64,000 nucleotides of DNA. Origin: Candidatus Melainabacteria bacterium 17Bon1m (GTDB lineage Bacteria; Cyanobacteriota; Vampirovibrionia; Obscuribacterales; Obscuribacteraceae). A program made the position numbers and the translations under genes. The DNA lies in NCBI GenBank assembly GCA_032128875.1, contig JAVLKG010000001.1:448001-512000 (forward strand), read 5' to 3'. Numbering within the stretch: position 1 is the stretch's first letter; each line of letters opens with the position of its first letter. The notes beneath the pieces were generated by a model. The model was not told the DNA's origin. It did not search any database and worked only from the letters and a program-made list of their open reading frames with translations. Positions 29,801 through 38,377 of the stretch are shown one piece after another.

Positions 29801-31331
29801 TGTGAATATCGAGGAAAGTATGGTACCGGCAAGCTTGGGCACAAAGGCGGAAATTTATCCAACGCCGCTTGCAAATCTCACAAGCGCGCTAGAGCGTTTG
29901 ATTCAGGACCCTTATGGCTGTTTTGAGCAGACTTCATCAACAAGCTATCCGCTGACGATGGCTCAGCAATACTTCAAGTCTCATCCGGATGTTGATCCTA
30001 AGTTGATTTCGACCTCTCGCGAGAAACTTGAGGACGGTTATAAGAAGTTGGTTTCGTTCTGGTGCCCGGATCGTGGATACGAGTGGTTTGGACACAACCC
30101 AGGGCATGAGCCCCTTACAGCTTACGGATTAATGCATTTTGCTGACATGAGAAAGGTCGCCAAAATCGACGAGGTGATGTTTACAACCACACGTGCTTGG
30201 CTGATGAAGCAGAAAGATGGCAAGGGCGGCTTTACACGCAAGGCTCAAAGTATTCATACCTGGACTGCCGACAAGGACTGCTCTAACGCGTATATCGTCT
30301 GGTCTCTACTGGAAACAGGGGAGCAGGCTTCTAATCTTAAATCTGAGTTGGATTCATTAAGAAGCGCAGCGACTGCCAGTCAAGACAGCTATGTTGTTGC
30401 ACTAGCAGCTAACGCGTTCGATTTGGCAGGAGATAAGCAATTTTCGAAGTCATTGATGAAGCGGCTTGCATCTCTGCAGAAGAGTGATGGCAGTGTCGAC
30501 AAGGTGAAGAATTCAGTTGTCGGTAGTTCTGGTGAAGCTCTCGAATTGGAGGGTGTTGCTCTGGCAACTCTTGCGTGGTTACGCAACGACGAGTTTTCGG
30601 CCAATGTTCAAAAGAGCATGAAATTCCTTGCCGAGTCTTGCAAAGCTGGAAGATATGGTTCTACCCAATCTACAGTTTTATCTCTGCGAGCAATTCTTGC
30701 TTACGACAAGAAGAATGCTCACCCAAAGGCACCCGGAAAGATTCACGTCTTTGCCGATGGAAAGCCGGTTGCAGATGTAGCTTTTGATGAGAAAGCAAAG
30801 GAATCCATCAAGCTGCCAGATTTGACCGAAATACTCTCTCCTGGCGAGCATGAAATTGAGTTGAAAATGGAAGGCGGTTCTGCGATGCCATATGCAGTGG
30901 CAGCAAATTACAATCGTTTGACGCCTGAAAGCAGTAAAGACTGTAAGCTTGATCTCAGTGTCAATCTCTCGCAGCACCAACTGATTGAAGGTTCTTCGGC
31001 GGAAGTCATTGCAACGGTCACCAACAAGGTTGATGCTGTCGTTCCAAATCCTGTAGCAATTATCGGTTTGCCAGGAGGATTTGAGCCGCGACATACGCAA
31101 CTCAAAGAACTTGTTAAAGGACGCAAAATTGATGCCTACGAAGTGCGTGGGCGCGAGGTCGTGCTCTACTGGCGCGGACTAGATAAGAACGAAAAGATCT
31201 CGGTACCTATCAGTGTAATTGCTTCTGTTCCGGGTAAGTTCACTGGACCAGCAAGTCGTTCATATCTGTATTACACAGATGAGCATAAGAAGTGGACGGA
31301 TGGATTGACGGTCGAGATTGCAGCGAGGTAA
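26820..31331 (+). CDS. Alpha-2-macroglobulin family thioester protein
   Basis: Signal peptide, STDKPLYKSGE (MG domain), FPEGG, DLLLGTQGWRRF, RKDFSETLFW, thioester motif PYGCFEQ (CFEQ at 29919-29930), YGSTQST, PASRSYLYY. Confidence 0.92.
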   Translation: MRSFVFDKWLSRGSKRRRSKTDISIALGLTVVSLSIASSQAMTGSIPTEFWKKTAAQSLGSSNRFLTFMSTDKPLYKSGERVFVRGVMLDSSSHQPKTGYGGNAYIQVRGPRGQAIASGQAQIHDSIWSYAWNISRDQAGGEYTIVVSYPFGGHAPAERKVDVRSYRAPRLKTQLIFARDGYGPGDVVTASLYAKRAEGGIPANAKVTIKPLVDGVPIEAGTSKIDSNGFCRISFSLPQHIERGDGTLALVIEDQGVVETTSKTIPILLQSVDLQMFPEGGDIVAGFKNRVYVQAFLPNGKPADLQARVIEEPISGKRVVASVSHKPNKKGAKKTTVVHNIVNSTNALAFFRTEHEGMGRFEFTPQANKKYFLQISKPSGIKKLYPLPAVKSIGAVLHSESDVVKKLQPLRIKVGNKSACRITVSKQDREIASRIISATARANGTSGELVPIEFPLPHDVDGVLTVTVWNEFDKPLAERLIFREPEKTLNITVRADKNTYAPGEKAQITVRTTDENGRPISAMVGMTVTDDSVLQMIEKRDQPPRLPVMVLLEPEVKDLADAQFYLNPAIPKSSLATDLLLGTQGWRRFAYLTTDAFIQQYGDKARRVLVMSEQRNQAPQQFPISSPRRNRASFGSPLRTSIGAGTGAALGTAIGAISGGRTNGRGAWSGTAIGAGTGVPSQLKRKFDADSQPGARFKFAPNQYVNEPLSLPEEVGRVEGPRDVNMFQVEPTIIDERHYSTGRAERHQKTSPTLPEGAPIPDEGQTGQLAQLSSMDRYSFYTPPRSTDTINSMFAVRVFSHQARPNRSSTDRKDFSETLFWSPGTKTDARTGEATISFDLSDSISTFEVAADGFSSGGLIGAKKLEIKSLRPFYAEAKIPLEVTSGDQIMLPLNLVNGTNSVLTAVGLKVDLPQAFKLLAPLKLPQQLSGGERARVLQPIQVGAADKVSHLRIEAKAGNNVDIVEREIEVRPVGFPVEKAFAGVLEPGKSAKISVNIEESMVPASLGTKAEIYPTPLANLTSALERLIQDPYGCFEQTSSTSYPLTMAQQYFKSHPDVDPKLISTSREKLEDGYKKLVSFWCPDRGYEWFGHNPGHEPLTAYGLMHFADMRKVAKIDEVMFTTTRAWLMKQKDGKGGFTRKAQSIHTWTADKDCSNAYIVWSLLETGEQASNLKSELDSLRSAATASQDSYVVALAANAFDLAGDKQFSKSLMKRLASLQKSDGSVDKVKNSVVGSSGEALELEGVALATLAWLRNDEFSANVQKSMKFLAESCKAGRYGSTQSTVLSLRAILAYDKKNAHPKAPGKIHVFADGKPVADVAFDEKAKESIKLPDLTEILSPGEHEIELKMEGGSAMPYAVAANYNRLTPESSKDCKLDLSVNLSQHQLIEGSSAEVIATVTNKVDAVVPNPVAIIGLPGGFEPRHTQLKELVKGRKIDAYEVRGREVVLYWRGLDKNEKISVPISVIASVPGKFTGPASRSYLYYTDEHKKWTDGLTVEIAAR

Positions 31332-31373
31332 ACAACCAGCAGGAAGAAAGCCCTTCGGCTGAATTATTCACTT

Positions 31374-31421
31374 CAAACAAAGGAGGTTTCCAGTTAAATA
31401 ACCGGAAACCTCCTTTGTTTG
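31374..31421. terminator. Bidirectional intrinsic terminator
   Basis: CAAACAAAGGAGGTTTCC...GGAAACCTCCTTTGTTTG between convergent genes. Confidence 0.85.
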
Positions 31422-31461
31422 TGCGTTGGGTGAGCTGCTGAAGCTAGCTGCATTTTCCTTG

Positions 31462-31791
31462 CTAGTTCAAGCTCTCAAACTTCAATTGCTTTTCTGCTTC
31501 CAACCAATCCTCGCGATCGAAACCATGTGCGTATCCGCGTTGTTCGAAGAGCAAATAGGCGCGTTGTGCAATTTGCTCGAATTGGATCTGTGAAGACTGT
31601 GCAGTTTTCTTCTCGATTTTTTCAGGTGCCTTGATGGCTTCTGCTGTTTCCGTTTGAATCGGTTTTTCTGCCGGCGTTGGTTTTTCAACTGTTGCAGATT
31701 TGGCTACCGGAGCGCTCTTTGTGGATTTTGCTGCTGTTGTTTTGGGTGCTGGATTTTTTGGTGCTGGATTTTTAGTCGATGTTGTTTTCAC
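31462..31791 (-). CDS. DUF2934-domain protein with K/A/T/P-rich N-terminus
   Basis: EQIAQRAYLLFEQRG...DREDWLEAEKQL; true start unclear (see findings). Confidence 0.8.
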   Translation of the reverse strand: MKTTSTKNPAPKNPAPKTTAAKSTKSAPVAKSATVEKPTPAEKPIQTETAEAIKAPEKIEKKTAQSSQIQFEQIAQRAYLLFEQRGYAHGFDREDWLEAEKQLKFESLN

Positions 31792-32318
31792 TTGAACCTT
31801 CGCTTTCGTAGTTTTGGGTGTAGGTGCCTTCGTTGCCGGTTGTTTAGCGGCTGAAACTGTTGATGCTGGCTAGTAAATGATCTGTGCGCGCCTTTTGGCA
31901 GGCAAAAAATATATATCCAAAAGTACGCCAGGAATCAGACGCATATTATGGATTTGCACTTCCCATTTGTCACGTCGTGTACCAACCAAAGGCGCAGTTA
32001 ACTTAATGTACATTTGTGAACCGGGGCGCTGTAATGCTTATAGATACGGCGTTTGAAGAAGTTCGCAGCCACTAGTGAATCACGTAAACTGTTTTAGTAA
32101 ATTTGCGGCGAGTATATATGTTTTTGGAAATATCACCAGAACTTGCACAAGAAACAATTTGATGCCTAAAGAAAACAGTGTCCCTGCCTTCGGAGCGGAA
32201 CACTGTTTTCAGTTTTTCACGTTTGGGTGGCGTAGTCTTAACTTACCCATGTGTGGCTTTTTTGATGCGTATTATCCGCGTCGAATCGTTTTTCGTAGCG
32301 GGGTGGTTGGCATTGGAA

Positions 32319-33311
32319 TTACGCCGCGCGGCGTTTTTCGTTCTGCTCTTCCTTCTTCTTGATTGCTTTTGCTTCGTCTTCCGGCGTTTCCGAAGTAGGC
32401 TCAGCTTTGCCCGACACATCTTCTCGTCCTATCTTAGACATGATCCAGCGACGGTGGCGCCATACGAAGATAGCTGCAATAGGTGTGCCGACTACAATTA
32501 AGACACCAACGATGAGTACGGCAGCAAGAATCGCAGTGGTTGTAAAACTGACAACTTGCTTCAGTTCTTTCAAGTCAGCCTTCAAAGTGGTTAATTGGTC
32601 GCCAACCCCTTTGACAGGGTCTTTCAACGCGATTACCGGATTTTTCAGTTCGACAATTGGTTCGTACATTTGTCCAAGCTGCCGTTCCATGTGGGCGATA
32701 CGCCTGTCGACCGAGTTCATCCCGTTGTGAATGTTTGTGATGTCACCATGCATGGTGGTCATCTTAGCGTTGACTTCGTCCATGGTGGCATCGACTTGTT
32801 GCATATCATCACGCAAACCGACCATCGGTTTTTGCAAGTTTGCAATTGGTGCTTCTAATCTGACAATTTGTTTCTGCAGTTCGATAACTGTTTTTTGGGT
32901 ATCAGTAACTGGTTTCAAAAGCCACGCAAAAGGATTGAGCGCTTGCAGTCCCATTCCCTTTTTCTTTTTCTTCATTACATTCGGATCAATCTTTTGTCCA
33001 TCTATCTGATTCGACGCCTGGATGGTCTTAGCGTCTAACCGTTCTTGCTCGGTTTGACTGACGCCGGATTTTTTGGCTGCTTTAGCTGCTTGTTTGGCTT
33101 CAGTCTTTGCTGCTTTTGCTTCGGATTTTGCAGCCTTAGCTTCTTCTTTTGATGCAGCAGCTTCTTCTTTTGCTGATTTAGCCTCGTTTTTCGCTTCAAC
33201 ATCGCCTACCACGGTAGGCTGCGCGGTCACCGGTGCCTGCGCCAAAGCCTGCTGGGCGGGGGCGCTCAAAAGCACGGCCGTAATAATTGATAGAAATACC
33301 TTGTTGTACAT
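32319..33311 (-). CDS. Exported coiled-coil protein with C-terminal membrane anchor
   Basis: Signal peptide MYNKVFLSII...ALA, EAKAAK repeats, heptads, TM AILAAVLIVGVLIVVG. Confidence 0.75.
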   Translation of the reverse strand: MYNKVFLSIITAVLLSAPAQQALAQAPVTAQPTVVGDVEAKNEAKSAKEEAAASKEEAKAAKSEAKAAKTEAKQAAKAAKKSGVSQTEQERLDAKTIQASNQIDGQKIDPNVMKKKKKGMGLQALNPFAWLLKPVTDTQKTVIELQKQIVRLEAPIANLQKPMVGLRDDMQQVDATMDEVNAKMTTMHGDITNIHNGMNSVDRRIAHMERQLGQMYEPIVELKNPVIALKDPVKGVGDQLTTLKADLKELKQVVSFTTTAILAAVLIVGVLIVVGTPIAAIFVWRHRRWIMSKIGREDVSGKAEPTSETPEDEAKAIKKKEEQNEKRRAA

Positions 33312-33533
33312 AACGATTCCTTTTTTCTCCGGTGCTGATGAAATGACCGTCTTCAATATCGGAGGTTCCCAAAGATTTTTCCAATGATTTGGAAACAGTA
33401 GGCCTGTCACGCTTGCAGCCAATTATGAACTTAACACGCCAAGCGATGGAACTCTCTGCACTCGAAATCGTCCCACTTTCAGGCTTTATGGGGCGACAGT
33501 GCGCCGGAGCGTTGTTATTAGGGAGATGAGAGT

Positions 33534-33866
33534 ATGGCTAACGAAGAAAAAGATGAAACGAAGAATGAGCTTGCTTGTGAAAGCAGCACCTGCTCTATGG
33601 AAGAAAAACTTTCAAAATTAGGCGCGAAAATTGATGAGTTCGCTGCAAAATCCGCAGAAATGAAAGAAGACGCGAAATGCAAGCTCGACGACCTCAATGA
33701 AAAACGTCAAGCAGCTATGAAGCGCTTTGAAGAATTGAAAACTAGCGCGCCGGAAGCTTTGGCTGAGCTCAAGAGCGGTTTTGAGAAGTCGATCGCTGAC
33801 TTGCAACAAGCATTCGAAGATATTCGCGAAGCCTCGGCTAAGGCGAAGGATAAATTGGCTAGTTAA
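33534..33866 (+). CDS. Small coiled-coil stress protein (Sll1863-like)
   Basis: GGAG SD; GAKIDEF...EELK...ELKSGFEKS. Confidence 0.75.
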   Translation: MANEEKDETKNELACESSTCSMEEKLSKLGAKIDEFAAKSAEMKEDAKCKLDDLNEKRQAAMKRFEELKTSAPEALAELKSGFEKSIADLQQAFEDIREASAKAKDKLAS

Positions 33867-33926
33867 GGGACTTAGGGAGAGGGCGCAGAGTCCTCTCCTT
33901 TTAATGGGAGTAAAAGGGAGAAAGGT

Positions 33927-34400
33927 ATGAATTCAGAAGCTGTAGAAGATTTGAATGCCTTGTTGAAAGGTGAATTGACCGCCGTCGAAACCTACAATCA
34001 GGCACTGCCAAAGGTTGAGAACAAGGAAATCGCCAGTGTATTGAGTGATTGCCTTGCCTCTCACCAAGCGCGAGCCGGAAAACTCTCGGAGGCTATTAGA
34101 GATTTTGGTGGCACACCAGAATGTGATACAGGAGTCTGGGGCAGTTGGGCGAAAATGCTCTCAGGTGGCGCCTCTACGTTCGGAGACGACGCTACTGTAG
34201 CTGCGCTCGAGCAAGAGGAAGATGCGCAAGCTAGCGACTATGAGTGGCGCCTGGTCAAGATGCACGGAGAACACCGCAACTTGGTTAAGAATGAACTGAT
34301 GCCTGAGCAGCAGCGTTACCGTAGCATGTTGGCGAATCTGTTGAATGCTGAGATGAAAGGCAAATGGCCTCCGACACCAGTGAAGGACAAAGAAATTTAG
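33927..34400 (+). CDS. Ferritin-like DUF2383/PA2169-family protein
   Basis: LNALLKGELTAVETY...SHQARA...GGTP...GVWGSW...ALEQEED. Confidence 0.8.
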   Translation: MNSEAVEDLNALLKGELTAVETYNQALPKVENKEIASVLSDCLASHQARAGKLSEAIRDFGGTPECDTGVWGSWAKMLSGGASTFGDDATVAALEQEEDAQASDYEWRLVKMHGEHRNLVKNELMPEQQRYRSMLANLLNAEMKGKWPPTPVKDKEI

Positions 34401-34422
34401 TGTTAGCAAAATCAGCCTGAGC

Positions 34423-34453
34423 TAAAACGACTCGCTAAAAGGCGGGTCGTTTT
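34423..34453 (+). terminator. Intrinsic terminator
   Basis: TAAAACGACTCGC...GCGGGTCGTTTTA. Confidence 0.7.
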
Positions 34454-34542
34454 AATTTAATCGCAGCACGGTGCCACATACGAAGACAAAAACCAAAACC
34501 CAAAACACATACTCAAAAATTTGAACACACAAAGAGACAAAA

Positions 34543-34566
34543 AGACAGCGCAGGTATGCGCTGTCT
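34543..34566 (-). terminator. Intrinsic terminator (minus strand)
   Basis: AGACAGCGCA-GGTA-TGCGCTGTCT with an A-tract on its left. Confidence 0.7.
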
Positions 34567-34590
34567 CTCATCTTCAAGGTTGCTAGCTTT

Positions 34591-34794
34591 CTAGCCGCCT
34601 ATGAAATCGTCTTCAGTGTACATTCTTTCTTCTTCAGGATCGTTTCGGACGTCGATGCGCACCATGTTGTCTGGAGTCAGAGTGCCGCACTTCGGGCAGG
34701 TGAGTGTGCCTGTTTCATATCGAAATTTGGTGTTGCATAACTGGCACAGATACTTTCCTGCCTCTGCAGGCTTATTCTCCATTTTTGCTTTCAT
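34591..34794 (-). CDS. Small zinc-ribbon protein
   Basis: CQLC...CPKC. Confidence 0.7.
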   Translation of the reverse strand: MKAKMENKPAEAGKYLCQLCNTKFRYETGTLTCPKCGTLTPDNMVRIDVRNDPEEERMYTEDDFIGG

Positions 34795-34827
34795 GTGTTT
34801 GCCCCTATGTTTTAGTTTGACTATCAT

Positions 34828-35262
34828 TTAACCATCGAGAACTACGGCGTCGAGCTGATTAGCGACGCTCTCTAATTCTTCTGGGCTAGCACTTTCCTTG
34901 AGTCTCGGAAAGAGAGTGTTTTCGCAGAATTCTTTGTGTCTTTCAAACTTGTATGCGAGTGTTTCCAACCCTTGTTCGAAGCCAGGCTCGTCGACGTGAA
35001 TCATGCAGAGATTTTCGGCATCAGCTCTGAGTTCGTCGCGGTGCTTCTGTGCTTCTTGCACGAGATCGTCAATTCCTTCGGCGTTGATGGTGCTAATCAG
35101 CGCGTTTTCTTTGTTGAAGTTAGATTCCAGACCGTCCAGAATACGCTTCGTTTCCTCAAAGACACGATCTTGCGTCCACTCGGAATAGTGCGCAGCGGTC
35201 TCAGACAATCTGTGGGCTAAGTGAGCCTCGTTTGTGAGGAGGAATTCAAATACATCCATCAT
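34828..35262 (-). CDS. Hemerythrin-like domain protein (partly degenerate)
   Basis: MDVFEFL start; ...KHRDEL...FERHKEFCENTLFP...EEL. Confidence 0.7.
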   Translation of the reverse strand: MMDVFEFLLTNEAHLAHRLSETAAHYSEWTQDRVFEETKRILDGLESNFNKENALISTINAEGIDDLVQEAQKHRDELRADAENLCMIHVDEPGFEQGLETLAYKFERHKEFCENTLFPRLKESASPEELESVANQLDAVVLDG

Positions 35263-35377
35263 GATTTCATTTACCCCTTTGTAATTTCCACTTTGGAGAC
35301 GCAAGAAGCCCTCCAAGGTTCCAATCGAGGGAGTGTTCACGCGGGATGCGCTTCAACCCCGTCCGCTGGAAAAAATA

Positions 35378-35402
35378 GAGGGGTGTCCTTCGGGCACCCC
35401 TC
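35378..35402 (-). terminator. Intrinsic terminator (minus strand)
   Basis: GAGGGGTGTCC-TTC-GGGCACCCCTC with an adjacent A-tract. Confidence 0.7.
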
Positions 35403-35421
35403 AGTACTGCTTTCTTGTTAT

Positions 35422-35901
35422 CTAAGCTTTCTTTCTCAGCTTAATTGGCTCGATTGATTCGCCAGCGCGCAGCTTTGCTACTTCTTCACCAAGCTTGTCC
35501 AAATCGTATTCGGCATTTTCGATGCAAGGAATTAGAGATGTTTCTTCCCGTTCAATTAATTTACAAACGGCTTCTCTAAGCTCTTTCATCTTTGCTTCGA
35601 ACTCTTCCTTGTCGATGTCGGCATATAGACGTTGAACCTGTGCCAAATGCATTTTGACGCTGTTGTCGCTGTCCTTTAGCTCATCAACAAATGAATTGTC
35701 TTCGGCCATTTGCGCAGCCGCTGGGAAAATAATTACTTCGTCGACGCGGGCGTGTTCTTGCAGTTGCATTCCCAGTTCGCGGACGATATTTTCTTTTTCT
35801 TTCACATCACCGGCGGTATCATACTTTTGCAGAAGTTTTTTGATATCTTCGTGGTCTTTACGAATAACCTCACAAGCAGATATCGCTTTATTCTTAGCCA
35901 T
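35422..35901 (-). CDS. Hemerythrin-like domain protein (partly degenerate)
   Basis: IRKDHEDIKKL...LQEHARVDEVIIFP...IEREETSLIP. Confidence 0.75.
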   Translation of the reverse strand: MAKNKAISACEVIRKDHEDIKKLLQKYDTAGDVKEKENIVRELGMQLQEHARVDEVIIFPAAAQMAEDNSFVDELKDSDNSVKMHLAQVQRLYADIDKEEFEAKMKELREAVCKLIEREETSLIPCIENAEYDLDKLGEEVAKLRAGESIEPIKLRKKA

Positions 35902-35927
35902 TGTTATTTCTCCTGGTCAATTAAGTG

Positions 35928-36161
35928 TTATTCGGCTTTGTTTTCGACGAGAAGGCGCCCCAAATGAGCTTTTAGCTTCTCTAAATGTCTCAGTTCGTCA
36001 TGCTTTATTTCCACCAAGATTTGCGTCAAATGAGTGTCTGCCTGTACGTCGGAGAGATATCCCTCGTACGCCGCGAGCGCTTTAGACTTGTGATGCATGA
36101 TAGAAATCAAGTCATAGGTTTTGTCATTGAGCGGAAAACGCTCCGTTTTTGACGATGTCAT
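35928..36161 (-). CDS. Small half-ferritin-like protein
   Basis: GAGG SD; YDLISIMHHKSKALAAYEGYLSD...DELRH (ExxH-like). Confidence 0.7.
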   Translation of the reverse strand: MTSSKTERFPLNDKTYDLISIMHHKSKALAAYEGYLSDVQADTHLTQILVEIKHDELRHLEKLKAHLGRLLVENKAE

Positions 36162-36340
36162 TTTCTGTTTCCTCGAATTCGTTTGGTAGGTAGGCGAACG
36201 CAAGCTACCAAATGTTCCCTGTAACTCAAATGCGGCTACATAGTGAAAGAGGAGTGATACCCCGGTAAAAATATTCAATTAAATAGTGAAAGTTACGACT
36301 AAAATCAAGAATCTGAGGTCTGATCATCGCAAAAGGCAAA

Positions 36341-36360
36341 AGCCGAGCGGGTGCTCGGCT
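36341..36360 (-). terminator. Intrinsic terminator (minus strand)
   Basis: AGCCGAGC-GGGT-GCTCGGCT with an A-tract. Confidence 0.65.
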
Positions 36361-36689
36361 TAGCGGTGGAAATAAAGAAACTCTGCTAGCTCGTCGGGGC
36401 ATGGAAGGGGTCTATGCCAAAAGACGCTTTCACCGTCAGGCAACTTTCCGACTGCCGCCCATACACTTACCACGGGGCCTGAGTTGCGAGGAAGCTCTTC
36501 TTCCAATGTCATCACCATGTTGGGTTTCATATCTTGCGAGCAATTAATCAACCTGCTCTTAATGTCGAATACTTCCGGATCCGTAAGGGGCTGAAAGCCG
36601 GAGAGGTGAGCGCCTAACAAAACTAATAACTTGTGCGCCGTGACGTCTGCTTCTGATGCGTCGGCGCCAATAAACTCTTCCATCACCAA
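36360..36689 (-). CDS. Hypothetical protein (possibly the frameshifted 3' part of a gene starting at 36762)
   Basis: Protein-like ORF ending at a terminator. Confidence 0.55.
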   Translation of the reverse strand: MVMEEFIGADASEADVTAHKLLVLLGAHLSGFQPLTDPEVFDIKSRLINCSQDMKPNMVMTLEEELPRNSGPVVSVWAAVGKLPDGESVFWHRPLPCPDELAEFLYFHR

Positions 36690-37015
36690 AATCCTCTTGC
36701 TTTTCGATTGATGCTAGAAGGACGACGCGGACATGCTCAGGTTCCATCGTGATTGGCTCCATTACTTAATTCCATCAAGGTTTCACTGGTCATTCACATC
36801 CTTTATAGGAGCAATTCGACTGGCGATAACGAGGTGACTTGAAAGGTGTTTCACAAGGCGACTTGGTAAATCCCTGCATGGATACGGGAACTTTTGACGC
36901 TTTTGCGGGCTCTATCCACGCACAAATTGACACTAATATTGACACATCGATTCAGTGCTCGATCCGCCCCCTCGGGAGTTTGCCGGTCGCCTGAATGAAT
37001 AGAGAGGACATCATT

Positions 37016-37588
37016 ATGCATCAAGCAGTTGTTTGTATCGCGCCGAGTATCACGGACGCAGAGCGCCTTGTAGACACGCTCAAAAGCTCGGGTTTCACCG
37101 CCGACGATATTTCGCTTATGATGCCTGACTCTTACGGCGCTCAAGAATTGGCATATGAAAAACACTCCAAGGCATCCTGCGGCTTTATGATAGGTTCGCT
37201 ACTTGGATCGGTTATCGGGGGCGTGCTCGGTTTCTTCGCGCAACGTGGAAGTTTCGGCACTCAAAACCTAGAACAAGTCATTGCAGCTGGACCTACAATG
37301 GCTGTTTTGGCTGGTATCGCAGTATTTGGCTTAGCATTCGCTTTGATAGGAGCGCTTTATGGTATGAGCCTGCCGGTGTTTGAAGCGAAGAAATTCGAGC
37401 GCACCATGCGCTTCGGTAACACCCTGTTGGCAGTTCACACTGAAAACGAGAAGGAAGCACGTGTTGTTGAAAAACTCTTCAAAGACGGTGGCGGACTCGA
37501 AGTTCAACGAACTGCTGAAGAATCAATCAAGAGACCGAAGACCATGGAACAAAGTGTAATTGAACACGATAAGCGCAGAGCCGCTTAA
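37016..37588 (+). CDS. General-stress-type membrane protein
   Basis: AERLVDTLKSSGFTADDISL...Gly-rich TM hairpin...AAGP...GNTLLAVH; GAGGA SD. Confidence 0.75.
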   Translation: MHQAVVCIAPSITDAERLVDTLKSSGFTADDISLMMPDSYGAQELAYEKHSKASCGFMIGSLLGSVIGGVLGFFAQRGSFGTQNLEQVIAAGPTMAVLAGIAVFGLAFALIGALYGMSLPVFEAKKFERTMRFGNTLLAVHTENEKEARVVEKLFKDGGGLEVQRTAEESIKRPKTMEQSVIEHDKRRAA

Positions 37589-37615
37589 TTCTACAAAAAC
37601 GAAAGTGTTCGGCAC

Positions 37616-37659
37616 GGCTAGCGCACCTGAGGATGCATACCTCCAAGGGTGCGCTAGTT
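37616..37659. terminator. Long hairpin between convergent genes
   Basis: GGCTAGCGCACC...GGTGCGCTAGTT. Confidence 0.55.
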
Positions 37660-37668
37660 ATTTGTTGG

Positions 37669-38202
37669 CTATGAAAAGATTGGAGCGGCACTGAGAGGTA
37701 GCATTTGTCTAGTGTCTGAGTCGAAAAATGAAACCCAATTGACCTCGGGTTCGAAGTGCCATGCATGCAGCTTAATCAGGCGCTGCTGACTTCGGTCGCT
37801 TTCTTGCAGAAATCGCGCGGTATCTTGCAATTGTTGCTCTAAGTCAGGTTGGAGCGTGTAGATGCATCCATTGTGCGTGCAAATAATTACGTCTTCTACA
37901 TTCGGCATATTCGATAGTACAGTTTCGAAGAAATTCAACGAATATTCTGGTTTCGGAGGAGGGTGCATTATGTCAGCCGATGCTCGCTGCTCGGCTGTCT
38001 GCTTGTGTAACTGCGCACCTGGAATCAGAATGTATGCGAGTGGTTGCAGTCTCTCTAACTCTTTTAAAGTTGGTATTGCATCTTGCTCGCAACAGGCAAC
38101 GATGACAGTTCTTACTTCTAGCAAGGAATGCTCAGGAACTTTCAGAGAGTAGGCAAAGTGTTCTGGCATCTGTTCGCGGATTTTTTGCAGATACATAAGC
38201 AA
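37669..38202 (-). CDS. Beta-carbonic-anhydrase-like protein lacking the Asp-Arg dyad
   Basis: VIVACCEQD, VEDVIICTHNGC, LIKLHAWHFE. Confidence 0.65.
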   Translation of the reverse strand: MLMYLQKIREQMPEHFAYSLKVPEHSLLEVRTVIVACCEQDAIPTLKELERLQPLAYILIPGAQLHKQTAEQRASADIMHPPPKPEYSLNFFETVLSNMPNVEDVIICTHNGCIYTLQPDLEQQLQDTARFLQESDRSQQRLIKLHAWHFEPEVNWVSFFDSDTRQMLPLSAAPIFS

Positions 38203-38377
38203 CCTCCATCACGATGCCATAGTGTTATCGGTGCGCCAATCTTGCTGGCAAATTGCTTTGTCGCACCGATACTCTTTTACGAGTCTATGTTTTCATTTTA
38301 GCTTAAGCAGGTTTCAAAAAACTTTCCGCAAGCATTATGAAAGTGTGTTGCTTATACTCGTGCACCACTAGAGGTGC

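Noticed and set aside
33073-33200. 21-nt periodic repeats
   Set aside because: Explained by coding EAKAAKx peptide repeats; not a DNA repeat array.
33874-33902. Hairpin plus T-run between two co-oriented genes as a riboswitch
   Set aside because: No room for an aptamer or leader; better explained as an ordinary internal terminator or stabiliser.
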